A stretch of DNA of 64,000 bases from Spirochaetia bacterium (GTDB lineage: Bacteria > Spirochaetota > Spirochaetia > WTKD01 > G963693115). The stretch covers positions 352,001 through 416,000 of the forward strand of contig CBDDCA010000006.1 in the NCBI GenBank assembly GCA_965226055.1. The letters run 5' to 3'. Of the stretch, positions 19,323 through 28,943 are shown in pieces (within the stretch, counting starts at the first letter, position 1; each line of letters begins with the position of its first letter). Made by a program: the position numbers and the translations under genes. Below the pieces are notes generated by a model, which searched no databases, had not been told where the DNA came from, and worked only from the letters and a program-made list of their open reading frames with translations.

Positions 19323-20024
19323 TTACATTTCAGGGCGTACGAGTACCCTACATAACGCTCCATCCGAATTTGCAACTGCAATAGGAGCCATAAAGCCCCA
19401 TACTTTTTTACAAAAAAGAGCAGATGTATTGACAATATACTCTACTAATGTTGTCCCGTTCATCAATAAATGCTTATGAGTAACATGTTTCTCTAAGGGC
19501 TTTTCTATAACACCATCAATCCATGTACGGATAGGATAATCTTGAGGAAAATCAAATGCACAGAGTGTAATAGAATGTTGTGCAATCCATTCTGCGGCCA
19601 TTTCATTAAGATACGGAGCTTTACTCCAATATTCCAATGAATTATACGAGTAATGCATATCCCAGCATGTTTTGAATATAATCTTATCTCCATCAGTACT
19701 CTCAGGCCATGCTTTTTGTAGCAGAGGAACAGTAATTTCAAGATTATCTTGTATGCTGTCCGAGATATCAATAATATCAAAGCTGCCAACAAAAGTAGTA
19801 GGAAGAATATCAAGAATTTCTTTGCCATTCTTTTTAATATGTCTCTGAGCGTCCATATGGGTAAATGCATGACAAGATACTTCTATAGTTGTCGCTTCAA
19901 AAATATCGCCTTCATCAAAATTTCCTTTCTTGAAAATACGGGGATGCCATCGCACATGCGATGAAATGGGCATAGTAAGATCAATCCATTCATTATGTTC
20001 AGACATACTCATATTATACTCCAA
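19323..20024 (-). CDS. Cyclase / kynurenine formamidase family metal hydrolase
   Basis: IDLTMPI, HAFTHMDAQRH, LVEYI, APIAVANSDGALCRV. Confidence 0.85.
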   Translation of the reverse strand: MEYNMSMSEHNEWIDLTMPISSHVRWHPRIFKKGNFDEGDIFEATTIEVSCHAFTHMDAQRHIKKNGKEILDILPTTFVGSFDIIDISDSIQDNLEITVPLLQKAWPESTDGDKIIFKTCWDMHYSYNSLEYWSKAPYLNEMAAEWIAQHSITLCAFDFPQDYPIRTWIDGVIEKPLEKHVTHKHLLMNGTTLVEYIVNTSALFCKKVWGFMAPIAVANSDGALCRVLVRPEM

Positions 20025-21303
20025 GAGAAGGAAGCCATGTAGAAAGGGCAGGAAATACTATAATAATAATCAACACAATAAATAAAGTGAGAAGAAAAGG
20101 AATACTTTCTTTCAATACCTCTATAGGCTTGGTTTTTGCTATCCCTGCTGATAAATAAATGAGGTATCCTACAGGCGGAGTCACTAATCCTATCATCAAA
20201 TTAAAAATAAGCACCAATCCAAAATGAATAGGCGATATTCCAAACTGATACACAATAGGCATAAAAACAGGTACTAGTATAGTTAAAGCAGCAACAGGAT
20301 CCATAATCATTCCTATAAAAAATACAATACAGTTTATAATCAGCAATGTAATCAATGGACTATGAGAAATAGCTTGTATCCACTCTGCTATCTTATGGCT
20401 AATTTGTAAACGTGCAATAAGCCATGCAAATAGAGAAGAAGCACCTACAATCAACATAACTTTTGCTGTGCCTTTCATTGCATTTGTTAATGCGATAATA
20501 CAACGCTTCCAGTTTAGTTCTTTGTAAAAAAAGAATCCTACTATAAACGCATAGACAACTGCTACGGCACCTGCTTCTGTTGCAGTAAATACCCCAGTAA
20601 GAATTCCTCCTAAAATAATAAGCGGACAAACAATAGCAAAAATAGCATCTTTTCCATGCTTCAATATTTTTACAATACTACACTTTGTTATTGTGTTTCC
20701 ATAAGATCTTTGTAATGAGATAATAACAGTAGTCACTGTCAACGATACTGCTATCATAAGTCCTGGTATAATACCAGCAAGGAACATTTTTCCTACTGAT
20801 ACACCCGAACCAGCAAGAGCTGCAAATATCACCATAGGTACACTGGGAGGAATAATAGGTCCCATAATAGAGGCAGATTGTGTAAGAGCTGCAGAGAAAG
20901 CTGCAGGATACCCCTGTTTTTTCATTTCAGGAATAAGAGAGCTTCCTATAGCTGCAGTAGAAGCGACTGCTGAGCCACTAATACAGCCAAAAAACAAACA
21001 AGAAAAAATATTGATATAGCTGATAGAGCCTTTTATCCATCCTAAAAACGAAGAGACAAATGCGACAATACGCTTTGTAATACCTCCTGCACTCATAAGC
21101 TCACCTGCCAGAAAGAAAAATGCCAATGCCTGCAAAGAAGAGGAATCGATGCCTGCCATAAATTGCTGTGCTACCACCGAAATAGGAACGTGGGAAATAA
21201 ATATCATAGCAGTGATGATAGAGGAAAACAATATGCTATATACAAGGGGTATTCCAAACACTGTGAGAACAAACATTGTTATTAACATAATTGTAAAGGA
21301 CAC
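20014..21303 (-). CDS. dctM: TRAP transporter large permease
   Basis: FFFLAGELM, ISGSAVA, GPIIPPSVPM, TATEAG, GLVTPPVG; about 12 TM segments. Confidence 0.93.
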   Translation of the reverse strand: MSFTIMLITMFVLTVFGIPLVYSILFSSIITAMIFISHVPISVVAQQFMAGIDSSSLQALAFFFLAGELMSAGGITKRIVAFVSSFLGWIKGSISYINIFSCLFFGCISGSAVASTAAIGSSLIPEMKKQGYPAAFSAALTQSASIMGPIIPPSVPMVIFAALAGSGVSVGKMFLAGIIPGLMIAVSLTVTTVIISLQRSYGNTITKCSIVKILKHGKDAIFAIVCPLIILGGILTGVFTATEAGAVAVVYAFIVGFFFYKELNWKRCIIALTNAMKGTAKVMLIVGASSLFAWLIARLQISHKIAEWIQAISHSPLITLLIINCIVFFIGMIMDPVAALTILVPVFMPIVYQFGISPIHFGLVLIFNLMIGLVTPPVGYLIYLSAGIAKTKPIEVLKESIPFLLTLFIVLIIIIVFPALSTWLPSLGV

Positions 21304-21773
21304 TATAACTCTCCTGTTTGACGACTCATAGCATTATGAATCATAGTAAGAACAATCCGTATTATTTCAAGAATTGAACATATGATAAGCGGAAAGTAAA
21401 ACCAAGAAATAGACATATCAAATGCAGCATAATAATCATTGCGCGTAAGAAAAAAGAATTTTAAAGCACCGTGTAATAGAATAAATACACAAAACAAAAT
21501 AATAAGGTAACAAAACTCAGAAAATATCCAGCTAATCGATTTGCTTATTCTATCTCTCAATAGAGAAATTTGTATCTGTGTTCCACTTAAAAGTCCAAAA
21601 AGAGTCATCCATGCATAGATAAAACGAAGAAACTCATCAGCCCATGGCAATGAGTGAGAAAATATATAGCGCATAATAACCTGATAAAAAGTAACTGCTA
21701 CCAGTACAAGAAGAACGATGTTTCCCAAAATGATAAAGATTTTATTTACTATTTTGTTATATTGTTCTATCAT
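21303..21773 (-). CDS. dctQ: TRAP transporter small permease
   Basis: QVIMRYIFSHSLPWADEF; four TM segments; lies between dctP and dctM. Confidence 0.85.
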   Translation of the reverse strand: MIEQYNKIVNKIFIILGNIVLLVLVAVTFYQVIMRYIFSHSLPWADEFLRFIYAWMTLFGLLSGTQIQISLLRDRISKSISWIFSEFCYLIILFCVFILLHGALKFFFLTRNDYYAAFDMSISWFYFPLIICSILEIIRIVLTMIHNAMSRQTGEL

Positions 21774-21847
21774 TACCTACAGTTTTATAATAATGAAGAA
21801 AAGCGTACAGCAGTATTACATATAAAGCGGTACTTTTTCCTGTGTTA

Positions 21848-22843
21848 TTATTGAGATGTTATGCTGTTAATCATATCGTTCCCAAATGTATCACTATACT
21901 CTTTCCATGTTTGTTCTATATTGTTCCGAAACGATTGTATATCAACATTTTCTTCTACAATCATACCAGCATCTTTGAGTGCTTGCAGTGCTTTTTCATT
22001 TTCTTCGGCATTAAGCTCTCGTTCTAATTGAGCACTTTCTAATGCTGTTTTCACCAATATCTCTTTATCTTTATAAGAAAGAGAATTATAGGCATCAAGA
22101 TTCATGGTCATAGGAGCTGCTGTATACGCATGATGTGTGAGAGAAATATATTTCTGTACTTCTTGCAAGTTATTATTATAGATATGATGCACAGGATTTT
22201 CTTGACCATCTATAACACCAGTTTTAAGAGAAAAATACACTTCCTTAAAGGACATAGGAGTTGGGCTAGCTCCCCATAAGGTAAAGGCTCTGATATGGGC
22301 TTTATTAGGGGTAGTACGGAGCTTCAGCCCTTTAAGATCTTTTATACTTTTTATAGGGGCTACATTATTAGTGATATCACGAAACCCAACTTCAAAAAAT
22401 GCTAAACCAATGAGATTATATTGTTGAAGAGATTTCATCAATGATACTCCAATTTCTCCATCCAACACCTTGTATGCTTTTTCTTCAGATTCAAAAATAA
22501 AGGGCAGATCAAGCAAATTTAATTCTGGAGCAAAAGAGGTATAGTATGGATTTCCTACTACAACGATATCAATAGTACCTGTTCTCGCTCCATCAAGCTG
22601 TGCGTTAGAATCTCCTAGTTCACTACTAGGATGCAAATTAATTTTTATTCTCTCATCAGACAATTCTAGTACACGCTGTGCCATATATTCTGTTGCCTTC
22701 GTCACTGTATCAGAAGGAGAGCCATAATGACTAAGAGCAAATGTATGGCTTTTTTTCATAGAATCTGCTTTTGTTCCCTCTTCTTGTTGACCAGCACTTA
22801 GCAGCAACAAAGAAGCAAGCATCAATATACATATCTTTTTCAT
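21848..22843 (-). CDS. dctP: TRAP transporter substrate-binding protein
   Basis: Start placed at MKKICIL behind GGAGG. LDLPFIF, GFRDIT, LKGLKLR, IDGQENP, EVQKY. Confidence 0.93.
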   Translation of the reverse strand: MKKICILMLASLLLLSAGQQEEGTKADSMKKSHTFALSHYGSPSDTVTKATEYMAQRVLELSDERIKINLHPSSELGDSNAQLDGARTGTIDIVVVGNPYYTSFAPELNLLDLPFIFESEEKAYKVLDGEIGVSLMKSLQQYNLIGLAFFEVGFRDITNNVAPIKSIKDLKGLKLRTTPNKAHIRAFTLWGASPTPMSFKEVYFSLKTGVIDGQENPVHHIYNNNLQEVQKYISLTHHAYTAAPMTMNLDAYNSLSYKDKEILVKTALESAQLERELNAEENEKALQALKDAGMIVEENVDIQSFRNNIEQTWKEYSDTFGNDMINSITSQ

Positions 22844-22887
22844 AAAACTCCTCCCTATATGCACTTATATATACAATCACATACACT

Positions 22888-22903
22888 ATGATACATGTAT
22901 CAT
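22888..22903. promoter_or_regulatory. Perfect 16-bp palindrome, candidate operator of the TRAP-cyclase operon
   Basis: ATGATACATGTATCAT, about 45 bp upstream of the dctP start. Confidence 0.5.
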
Positions 22904-23058
22904 GACTACCTGTTTATTATAACATATGCAATATAAAGCGTCAATAATAAATAAGTACTTTAATTGAAAATTGAAAATGTCACTTATGATGTATGTATGA
23001 AAAGCATTACTATGAGAGGCATTGTCAAGTTTTTGTTAAGAGGTAAGGGAATATTTTT

Positions 23059-23755
23059 GGGGCTGGCATGGATAACTGAAAAATGAGATAATTCAGAAAG
23101 AAATGCCAAGAAAAAGAAAGTTAGAACATAAGAAAAAAGAAAAACTATTAGAACACTTTATAGCAGGAACACCAGCAAGAAGTAGTGCTTCGTTATGTGA
23201 AGTAAGTAGAGAAACTGCAACAAAATGGTATCATATGTTTCGAGTAGTGATAGCAAAAAAACTCACAGTATATGAAGTATTGATGAAAGGAGAAATAGAT
23301 GAAAGTTATTTCGGAGGAAAAAGAAAAGGAAAAACAATAGTATTTGGATTATATAAAAGGAGCGGCTATGTACATACAGTAACAGTAAGTAATACAAAGA
23401 TTTACACACTGTATAGTATTATAAAGAAAAAAGTAGCTCCTCAGAGTATTATCTATACAGACACCTATCCGAGTTATAATATACTTGCTGTATCAGATTT
23501 TCAGCACTATCGCATAAATCATGCAAAGGAATTTGCACAAAAGCAAAACCATATAAATGGGATAGAAAATTTTTGGAATCAATCAAAGGGGCATCTGAGA
23601 AAATATAATGGAGTACCGAAAAAATATTTTGAACTATATCTCAAAGAATGTGAATTTCGATTTAATTATAGACCGATAGCAAACATGTATAAAGTGTTGT
23701 ATAATTGGATAAAGGAGGCTGGTTTAGTCTAATTTTGCTTATCCATGCCAGCCCC
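23059..23755 (+). mobile_element. IS1595-family insertion sequence (IS1016-like), 697 bp
   Basis: Perfect 17-bp terminal inverted repeats GGGGCTGGCATGGATAA (23059-23075) and TTATCCATGCCAGCCCC (23739-23755). No flanking direct repeat. Confidence 0.93.
23103..23732 (+). CDS. IS1595-family transposase
   Basis: IDESYFGG, IYTD, RINH, NHINGIENFW, LYLKECEFRFN. Confidence 0.92.
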   Translation: MPRKRKLEHKKKEKLLEHFIAGTPARSSASLCEVSRETATKWYHMFRVVIAKKLTVYEVLMKGEIDESYFGGKRKGKTIVFGLYKRSGYVHTVTVSNTKIYTLYSIIKKKVAPQSIIYTDTYPSYNILAVSDFQHYRINHAKEFAQKQNHINGIENFWNQSKGHLRKYNGVPKKYFELYLKECEFRFNYRPIANMYKVLYNWIKEAGLV

Positions 23756-23756
23756 T

Positions 23757-24231
23757 AAATATAAATAACCTTACAAGAAGTACAACCTATGAAATAGTAG
23801 TACAATCAGTGAACACAACGGACACTACAAAAGTATCTACAGGCACACGAATAAAAGTAACTACTCTTGCTACTAATCAAGCCACCGCACCGCCAGACGC
23901 CCGCAGTGTTACAGGAAGCCCCACCGCTAGCAGTATAGGAGTATCATGGCAAGCCCCAACGCTTACAAGCACACACAAGAAAGCAAACGGACAAAGGCTT
24001 ACAAAGGCAGATGTATCATACAAAGTATACAGAGCAGCAAAGGGAAAAAATGCCCGCACAATAACAGAGATTAAAACAGCAGACACAAGCCCGATAGAAA
24101 TAGCAAAGGGAACAACAAACACAAATATAAATAACCTTACTGGAAGTACTACCTATGAAATAGTAGTACAAACAGTGAACGCAACCGATACTAAAAAAGT
24201 CTCTACAGGCATACGAATAGAAGTAATTACT
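23757..24231 (+). repeat. Imperfect intragenic direct repeat, about 109 bp, 366-bp period
   Basis: About 23757-23865 vs 24123-24231: AAATATAAATAACCTTAC...ACCTATGAAATAGTAGTACAA...CAGTGAAC...TCTACAGGCA. Confidence 0.85.
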
Positions 24232-24594
24232 GCACCATATAAATATACTCCTATGAATAAAAACGATTTAATTAGAGCAATTAAAAACATAATCAACACG
24301 GATAAAAACGGCAGAATTGAAAACAGCGATGATCTAGACGCAAACTTAAACAGTATCGATACAAGCAATATTACAGACATGAGCATACTTTTTAATTATC
24401 CATTAAATGTATTTAGAGGGGATATATCAAACTGGAATGTAAGCAACATAACCGATATGAGACATATGTTTAATCAAGCAACCACCTTTAAGAGAGATTT
24501 AGAAGCATGGAGGAAACATATAGGCAACAAAAAAGTGACTACTACTGATATGTTTTATAATAGTGGAGTAACGACACCGCCCTCATGGTATTGA
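23758..24594 (+). pseudogene. 5'-truncated surface protein with FN3-like repeats and a DUF285/BspA-like C-terminus
   Basis: The frame is open up to the IS right end and has no signal peptide. VSWQAP...YKVY...NLTGSTTYEIVVQTVN is FN3-like; IDTSNITDMSILF...DISNWNVSNITDMRHMF is DUF285-like. Confidence 0.75.
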
Positions 24595-24634
24595 TATTAA
24601 AGTACAAAGTAAAGTATAATAAACTTGTGTAGGG

Positions 24635-24751
24635 ATGAAAATAAAAAACTTCATTATTTATATTTATAATGTATCTTGTTTATTATTATCTATTATTGTT
24701 GTATTATCCCTACACATTTATAATCATAGTCCTAGCAGTATACCAGTATGA
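24635..24751 (+). pseudogene. 38-codon fragment resembling the N-terminus of a TraF-like peptidase
   Basis: Hydrophobic stretch followed by YNHSPSSIPV*, similar to HNKSPSVPIG in the neighbouring traF-like gene. Confidence 0.35.
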
Positions 24752-24881
24752 AAGTAGTGCAGTGTGAAAACACAGCAAGGGAATAGTGTAGTAGTATCGT
24801 AGTCTATAACCTGAAAGTACAACAGTATCGCACTCAAGTAATTGAACAGCCTACCGATAAGTATTTTAATACTACCATCCC

Positions 24882-25313
24882 TTATGCTTGCACAATACGA
24901 CAGTATAGTCCAAGAATATACTTTTCTGGCACTTTCCCTATTACTGCTGAGCTAATAGCTTGTTCACTATTTGCAAATACTTCTACATACTGTGGCAAAG
25001 TAGTATTTTTTATAATATATTGTCGGGTATCTTCATTGACATATTTTAAGATAACAATGCCTGATGCAATAAGAGACTTAGCTACAAGAGGAAATTTTTT
25101 CTGTATCCACAGTGGACTAATTGAAACATACAGAGGATCACAAGAAATACTCTTGTACGCAAACTGTCTCATGTACCACCCTATTGGCACCGAAGGGCTT
25201 TTATTGTGTATAAATACGCTACCTATCTGCACCAAACTTGTTGGTATCAACCAAATACACAAGAAAAAAAAGACATATATACCATAGTATATAATGAGTA
25301 TTTTTTTACTCAC
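24882..25313 (-). CDS. Diverged TraF-like S26 peptidase (pilin maturation)
   Basis: TM segment, then NKSPSVPIGWY (Ser) and ILKYV (Lys). C-terminal SSAVIGKVPEKYILG replaces DSRYFG. Lies downstream of trbI. Confidence 0.55.
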   Translation of the reverse strand: MSKKILIIYYGIYVFFFLCIWLIPTSLVQIGSVFIHNKSPSVPIGWYMRQFAYKSISCDPLYVSISPLWIQKKFPLVAKSLIASGIVILKYVNEDTRQYIIKNTTLPQYVEVFANSEQAISSAVIGKVPEKYILGLYCRIVQA

Positions 25314-25683
25314 GACTTAAAAAATAATATTGTTGACGCAGATCCAGTGTTTCTAAATAATCTTTGTTTCCCAAAAACCATAGAGGGACACCAACAAGAA
25401 CAAACAATGCACTCACACCCATAACAGAATAACCAGTAATTACAAGCTCTTTTCTATAGGGATTATTATTTTCATCATCAATAGATAATGCATAGCTTGC
25501 AAGTACTCCTCCTATCACCGAAAACACTACCCCAGATATAGATAGCCCTCCTCCCCAGTCCATCTGTGTTTTGTGCTGTTCAATATATTTCTCAAAATCT
25601 CCAAGTTCATCGGATGTTTCTGAAAATACACTATGTGAAATAAGTATAACACATACAAAAATGAAACAATATTTTTTACTCAT
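25306..25683 (-). CDS. Hypothetical exported membrane protein
   Basis: GGAGG RBS, signal peptide and two glycine-rich hydrophobic segments; same strand as trbFGI. Confidence 0.65.
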   Translation of the reverse strand: MSKKYCFIFVCVILISHSVFSETSDELGDFEKYIEQHKTQMDWGGGLSISGVVFSVIGGVLASYALSIDDENNNPYRKELVITGYSVMGVSALFVLVGVPLWFLGNKDYLETLDLRQQYYFLSRE

Positions 25684-25708
25684 TGTATACCTCCTTACTT
25701 ATTAAAAC

Positions 25709-27094
25709 TCATTCAAATGCTGGTAATTCAATATCATGATGTACAAAGACAAATGATTCAGTGCCTGGATCAACTGTCAAAGTTGGCTGTCTATCCAAAA
25801 GCTTGTTTGCTAACTCTGTGGCAGTCGAAACAATTTCTCCTCCTGCATTACTAGTAGCATTTGACAATGACGTATTGCCAGTACTCCTCTGTGCTTGTGC
25901 AGAAGTGTATTCTATCCCCAGCTTAAACAATGAAGAAAGCACTGTTATAGCCATGCTTTCAGCAATAGTCGTCTTTACCCTTGAGATAATACCCGAAGCT
26001 CCCTGTACATCCACTCCCTGCATACCCTGTAATGCCACACTCACTCCGTCAGGACGAGTTAATGTTTCCCATACCACTAACACTCTCAGCTGTCCCCAAG
26101 AAATTTCAGAATCATAGCTTCCTACAAGCAAAGAGCCTTTTGGAATGAGCAAATTATATCCACTAAATGTATCGTATACATTTTCTACTACTCTTGCACT
26201 AATATACCCCGGTAAATCACTGTTAATTTTTGTAAGCAACACTATAGGAATAACACTTCCCGAAACAAGCACATAGTCAGTATTAAGCTGTACATAATCA
26301 GATCGTGTTTGTAAATCAGCTTTACTCTGTTGTTTTTGACGCAAAAAATCTTGCTTATTTTTTTGTGAATTTTGCATATCATAGGAGGTTCTATTGTCGG
26401 GTAGCTGTAAAGCCCCTTGTGCAAGGCTTCCTCCTCCAGAACCTAGTGCATTTGCTAACTGAGACGCTCCTCCAAGAATTCCGCCAGTATCAATAGACAT
26501 GTTTCCTTGAGACACAAACAGTGCAGATTTACGTCCTCTTTGTACATGAGAAGGAGTGTCTGCACTCACAGCACTTGTAGAGGAATCTCTTCCATTAAAA
26601 CTGCTCTCCAAATACTCCTTGATATAAGCAAGCCTATCGCCATACGATGAAGTGGAATTATATCTATTGCTATGATCATTAGTACTTGCATACCCACTTC
26701 CTGTATCAAAGTCACTAGGAGCTTGTGCGTACTCACTGCTGTTAGGCTTTTGCATTTCTGTTTCCGATAGGGAGTTTGCTACTCCACTAGCCGAAGGAGT
26801 ACTTGCATATGTCCCCAAACTTGAAGAGTATGCAGCTATCCCATTAGTTGAAGTATCGTCACTTTGCATATCTGCAGTAGTAAGCGATGTATCTTTATAA
26901 TCTTCATCGACAATAGTAAGATCTTGCGGAATAATGACAGAAAATATTTCTTGTTCTTCTGCTGATGCTACATTCTTCTTTATCTTTCCTGCTTGACTTA
27001 CTCCAATAACAATAGACATACCTATTAAAAAGAAAAAGATAAAAAAAGTAGCCCGTAAGACTTTTAGTTTTGTCTTTATTTTCTTAGGTTTCAT
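25709..27094 (-). CDS. trbI: T4SS TrbI/VirB10
   Basis: N-terminal TM and low-complexity linker, then GSVIPIVLLTKINSDLPG, VYDTFSG, LIPKGSLLVGSYDS, GQLRVLVVW, RQPTLTVDPG. Confidence 0.93.
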   Translation of the reverse strand: MKPKKIKTKLKVLRATFFIFFFLIGMSIVIGVSQAGKIKKNVASAEEQEIFSVIIPQDLTIVDEDYKDTSLTTADMQSDDTSTNGIAAYSSSLGTYASTPSASGVANSLSETEMQKPNSSEYAQAPSDFDTGSGYASTNDHSNRYNSTSSYGDRLAYIKEYLESSFNGRDSSTSAVSADTPSHVQRGRKSALFVSQGNMSIDTGGILGGASQLANALGSGGGSLAQGALQLPDNRTSYDMQNSQKNKQDFLRQKQQSKADLQTRSDYVQLNTDYVLVSGSVIPIVLLTKINSDLPGYISARVVENVYDTFSGYNLLIPKGSLLVGSYDSEISWGQLRVLVVWETLTRPDGVSVALQGMQGVDVQGASGIISRVKTTIAESMAITVLSSLFKLGIEYTSAQAQRSTGNTSLSNATSNAGGEIVSTATELANKLLDRQPTLTVDPGTESFVFVHHDIELPAFE

Positions 27095-28065
27095 TGTTCC
27101 ATTCCTTTCACAATAAGAATACTATCTTCTTTCTTTGATCCTAAACGTAGTTCTGCTTTTTGGAAAAGAGAATCTACAATATAATAATCACCTATCACAC
27201 GATAGTTTACAAGCGTACTTTTTCCTAGTGCATTGATAGTAAATAATGCTGGAGCTTTTGCTATATGGTATTTACTAAAAAACTGAATAAATGTTCTTTC
27301 TCCATTGTCAAACACCTTATTTGGTTTCCATGATGGTTCTTTTCCATAACTTATAATGCGATAATTAAAATTTAGATCTTTTAGCAGCATTGGTTCTTCT
27401 AAAAGTTGTTTCTTTTTTTGTGTTGATTTAAGTATCTCCATAGGATACCTCCACTCAACCGCCACCATAAATGTTTTTTTATTACTCTCTAAACTTAAAT
27501 AGTATGTTCTCTTTGTAGTGTTAATAACCATGTTAGTAGTTAGATTAGATAACAATGGCTTTATATACACAAGAGGTCTATCTACGGCAGTATCAATTTC
27601 AATCATCCAGTTGGCAGAATCTCCTACTACAATTTCTCCATCAATAAGTTCTTTTTTATCAAAACGTAATACTGTTACGCGCTGTGGAGTAGTATAAATA
27701 CTGTAAATATACTTATCATAATAGTTGTATAGTACAAGACTATTTTGTATTGTAGATTGTACTGGCTCTTGAAGTGCCTGTGCATTTGCATTTTCTATAA
27801 GCTGCTTTGGACTGTTTTTGGTATCGGAATCACGGAGCGTGTCATTTGTCTGAAAAAGCTGCATTTGAATAATAGGGTCCTGCATAGCAACACACTGTTC
27901 TTGTGTACTACAATCATCTTGATATAACAAAGAAGCATCTTCATCAAAAGCATCAAGCTCCTCTTGCGTTGGTACATCAGCACCATTAACACTATTTTCT
28001 CCATCCTTTGTGTTACTTACACAAGCAATGGTGATGATACTAAGAAACAATACTATTATTTTCAT
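27091..28065 (-). CDS. trbG: T4SS TrbG/VirB9
   Basis: Start MKIIVLF behind GGAGG. VGDSANW, IKP, TNMVINTTKRTY, LNFNY, WKPNKVFDNGERTFIQF, LVNYRV, YYIVD. Confidence 0.92.
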   Translation of the reverse strand: MKIIVLFLSIITIACVSNTKDGENSVNGADVPTQEELDAFDEDASLLYQDDCSTQEQCVAMQDPIIQMQLFQTNDTLRDSDTKNSPKQLIENANAQALQEPVQSTIQNSLVLYNYYDKYIYSIYTTPQRVTVLRFDKKELIDGEIVVGDSANWMIEIDTAVDRPLVYIKPLLSNLTTNMVINTTKRTYYLSLESNKKTFMVAVEWRYPMEILKSTQKKKQLLEEPMLLKDLNFNYRIISYGKEPSWKPNKVFDNGERTFIQFFSKYHIAKAPALFTINALGKSTLVNYRVIGDYYIVDSLFQKAELRLGSKKEDSILIVKGMEQ

Positions 28066-28715
28066 TCTACCTCCACTTTTGTCCAATTAAAAGCATCAAT
28101 AAAAAACCCTAATGGATTATACTTTATAAGTACAGGATCATTTATAGGACGAAGCTCAATCTTAAATAACCCTCTCCAAGAAGATCTATCAATTATTTTT
28201 CCATTTTTATCCCAAATAGTTTCAATCCAATTTACCTGTCGAGAATACTGTGAATGTTCTAATACTGATGTTATTTTTATATCTACCCTCTCGGTCTTAA
28301 ATCGCGTAAGAGGGTCTATATCTCTCGCATATGTTGTAAGAATTTCTGCTCCAGCAGGAGTAAGAAAATAGTAAGCGTTCTTCCAGTTTTGTTTTACTAC
28401 CACTATATCACTTGAAAGAGAACGCACATATTCCAAAAACCGAAACAAATAGTGTCGTACATGCTTTTCTGTTATTTGAAAACGCTGTTCATATACTGAG
28501 CCAAGATACTCTGCTGAGCCGTTTTTATCAACTTCTATAATATGAGGAACAACACGAGGAGCATCTAACAAACTGATAATACCAAAACTCAAAGCTCCTG
28601 TAATACAAAGCAAAAATAAAGTGCTTGCACTCCAAAAGCGTACTTGCATCTGAGCTTGCCCCAGACGCTTATCCCATTGTTGTTTTGCTAATTTATACGG
28701 TGTATCAATTTCCAT
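28062..28715 (-). CDS. trbF: T4SS TrbF/VirB8-like
   Basis: TPYKLAKQQWDKRLG, VVPHIIEVDKNG, VRSLSSDIVVVKQNW, NPLGFFIDAFNW. Confidence 0.92.
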   Translation of the reverse strand: MEIDTPYKLAKQQWDKRLGQAQMQVRFWSASTLFLLCITGALSFGIISLLDAPRVVPHIIEVDKNGSAEYLGSVYEQRFQITEKHVRHYLFRFLEYVRSLSSDIVVVKQNWKNAYYFLTPAGAEILTTYARDIDPLTRFKTERVDIKITSVLEHSQYSRQVNWIETIWDKNGKIIDRSSWRGLFKIELRPINDPVLIKYNPLGFFIDAFNWTKVEVE

Positions 28716-28943
28716 ACATACATAAGTACATATTTTTTTGATATTTGATTGATAGTTTTCATAAAATAATGCATATAAAATCTATATAGCATCATATTAT
28801 TTTTCAATACAATATTCCCATAGAAAATAAAGATGAGAAAAGTATACTGCTCCGTTAAATAACCCCATTACATAAACTCCATCATATACCTATAGCTGAG
28901 AGATACAAAAAAGAGTACGATGTACTGCTATATCATAGCAGCT

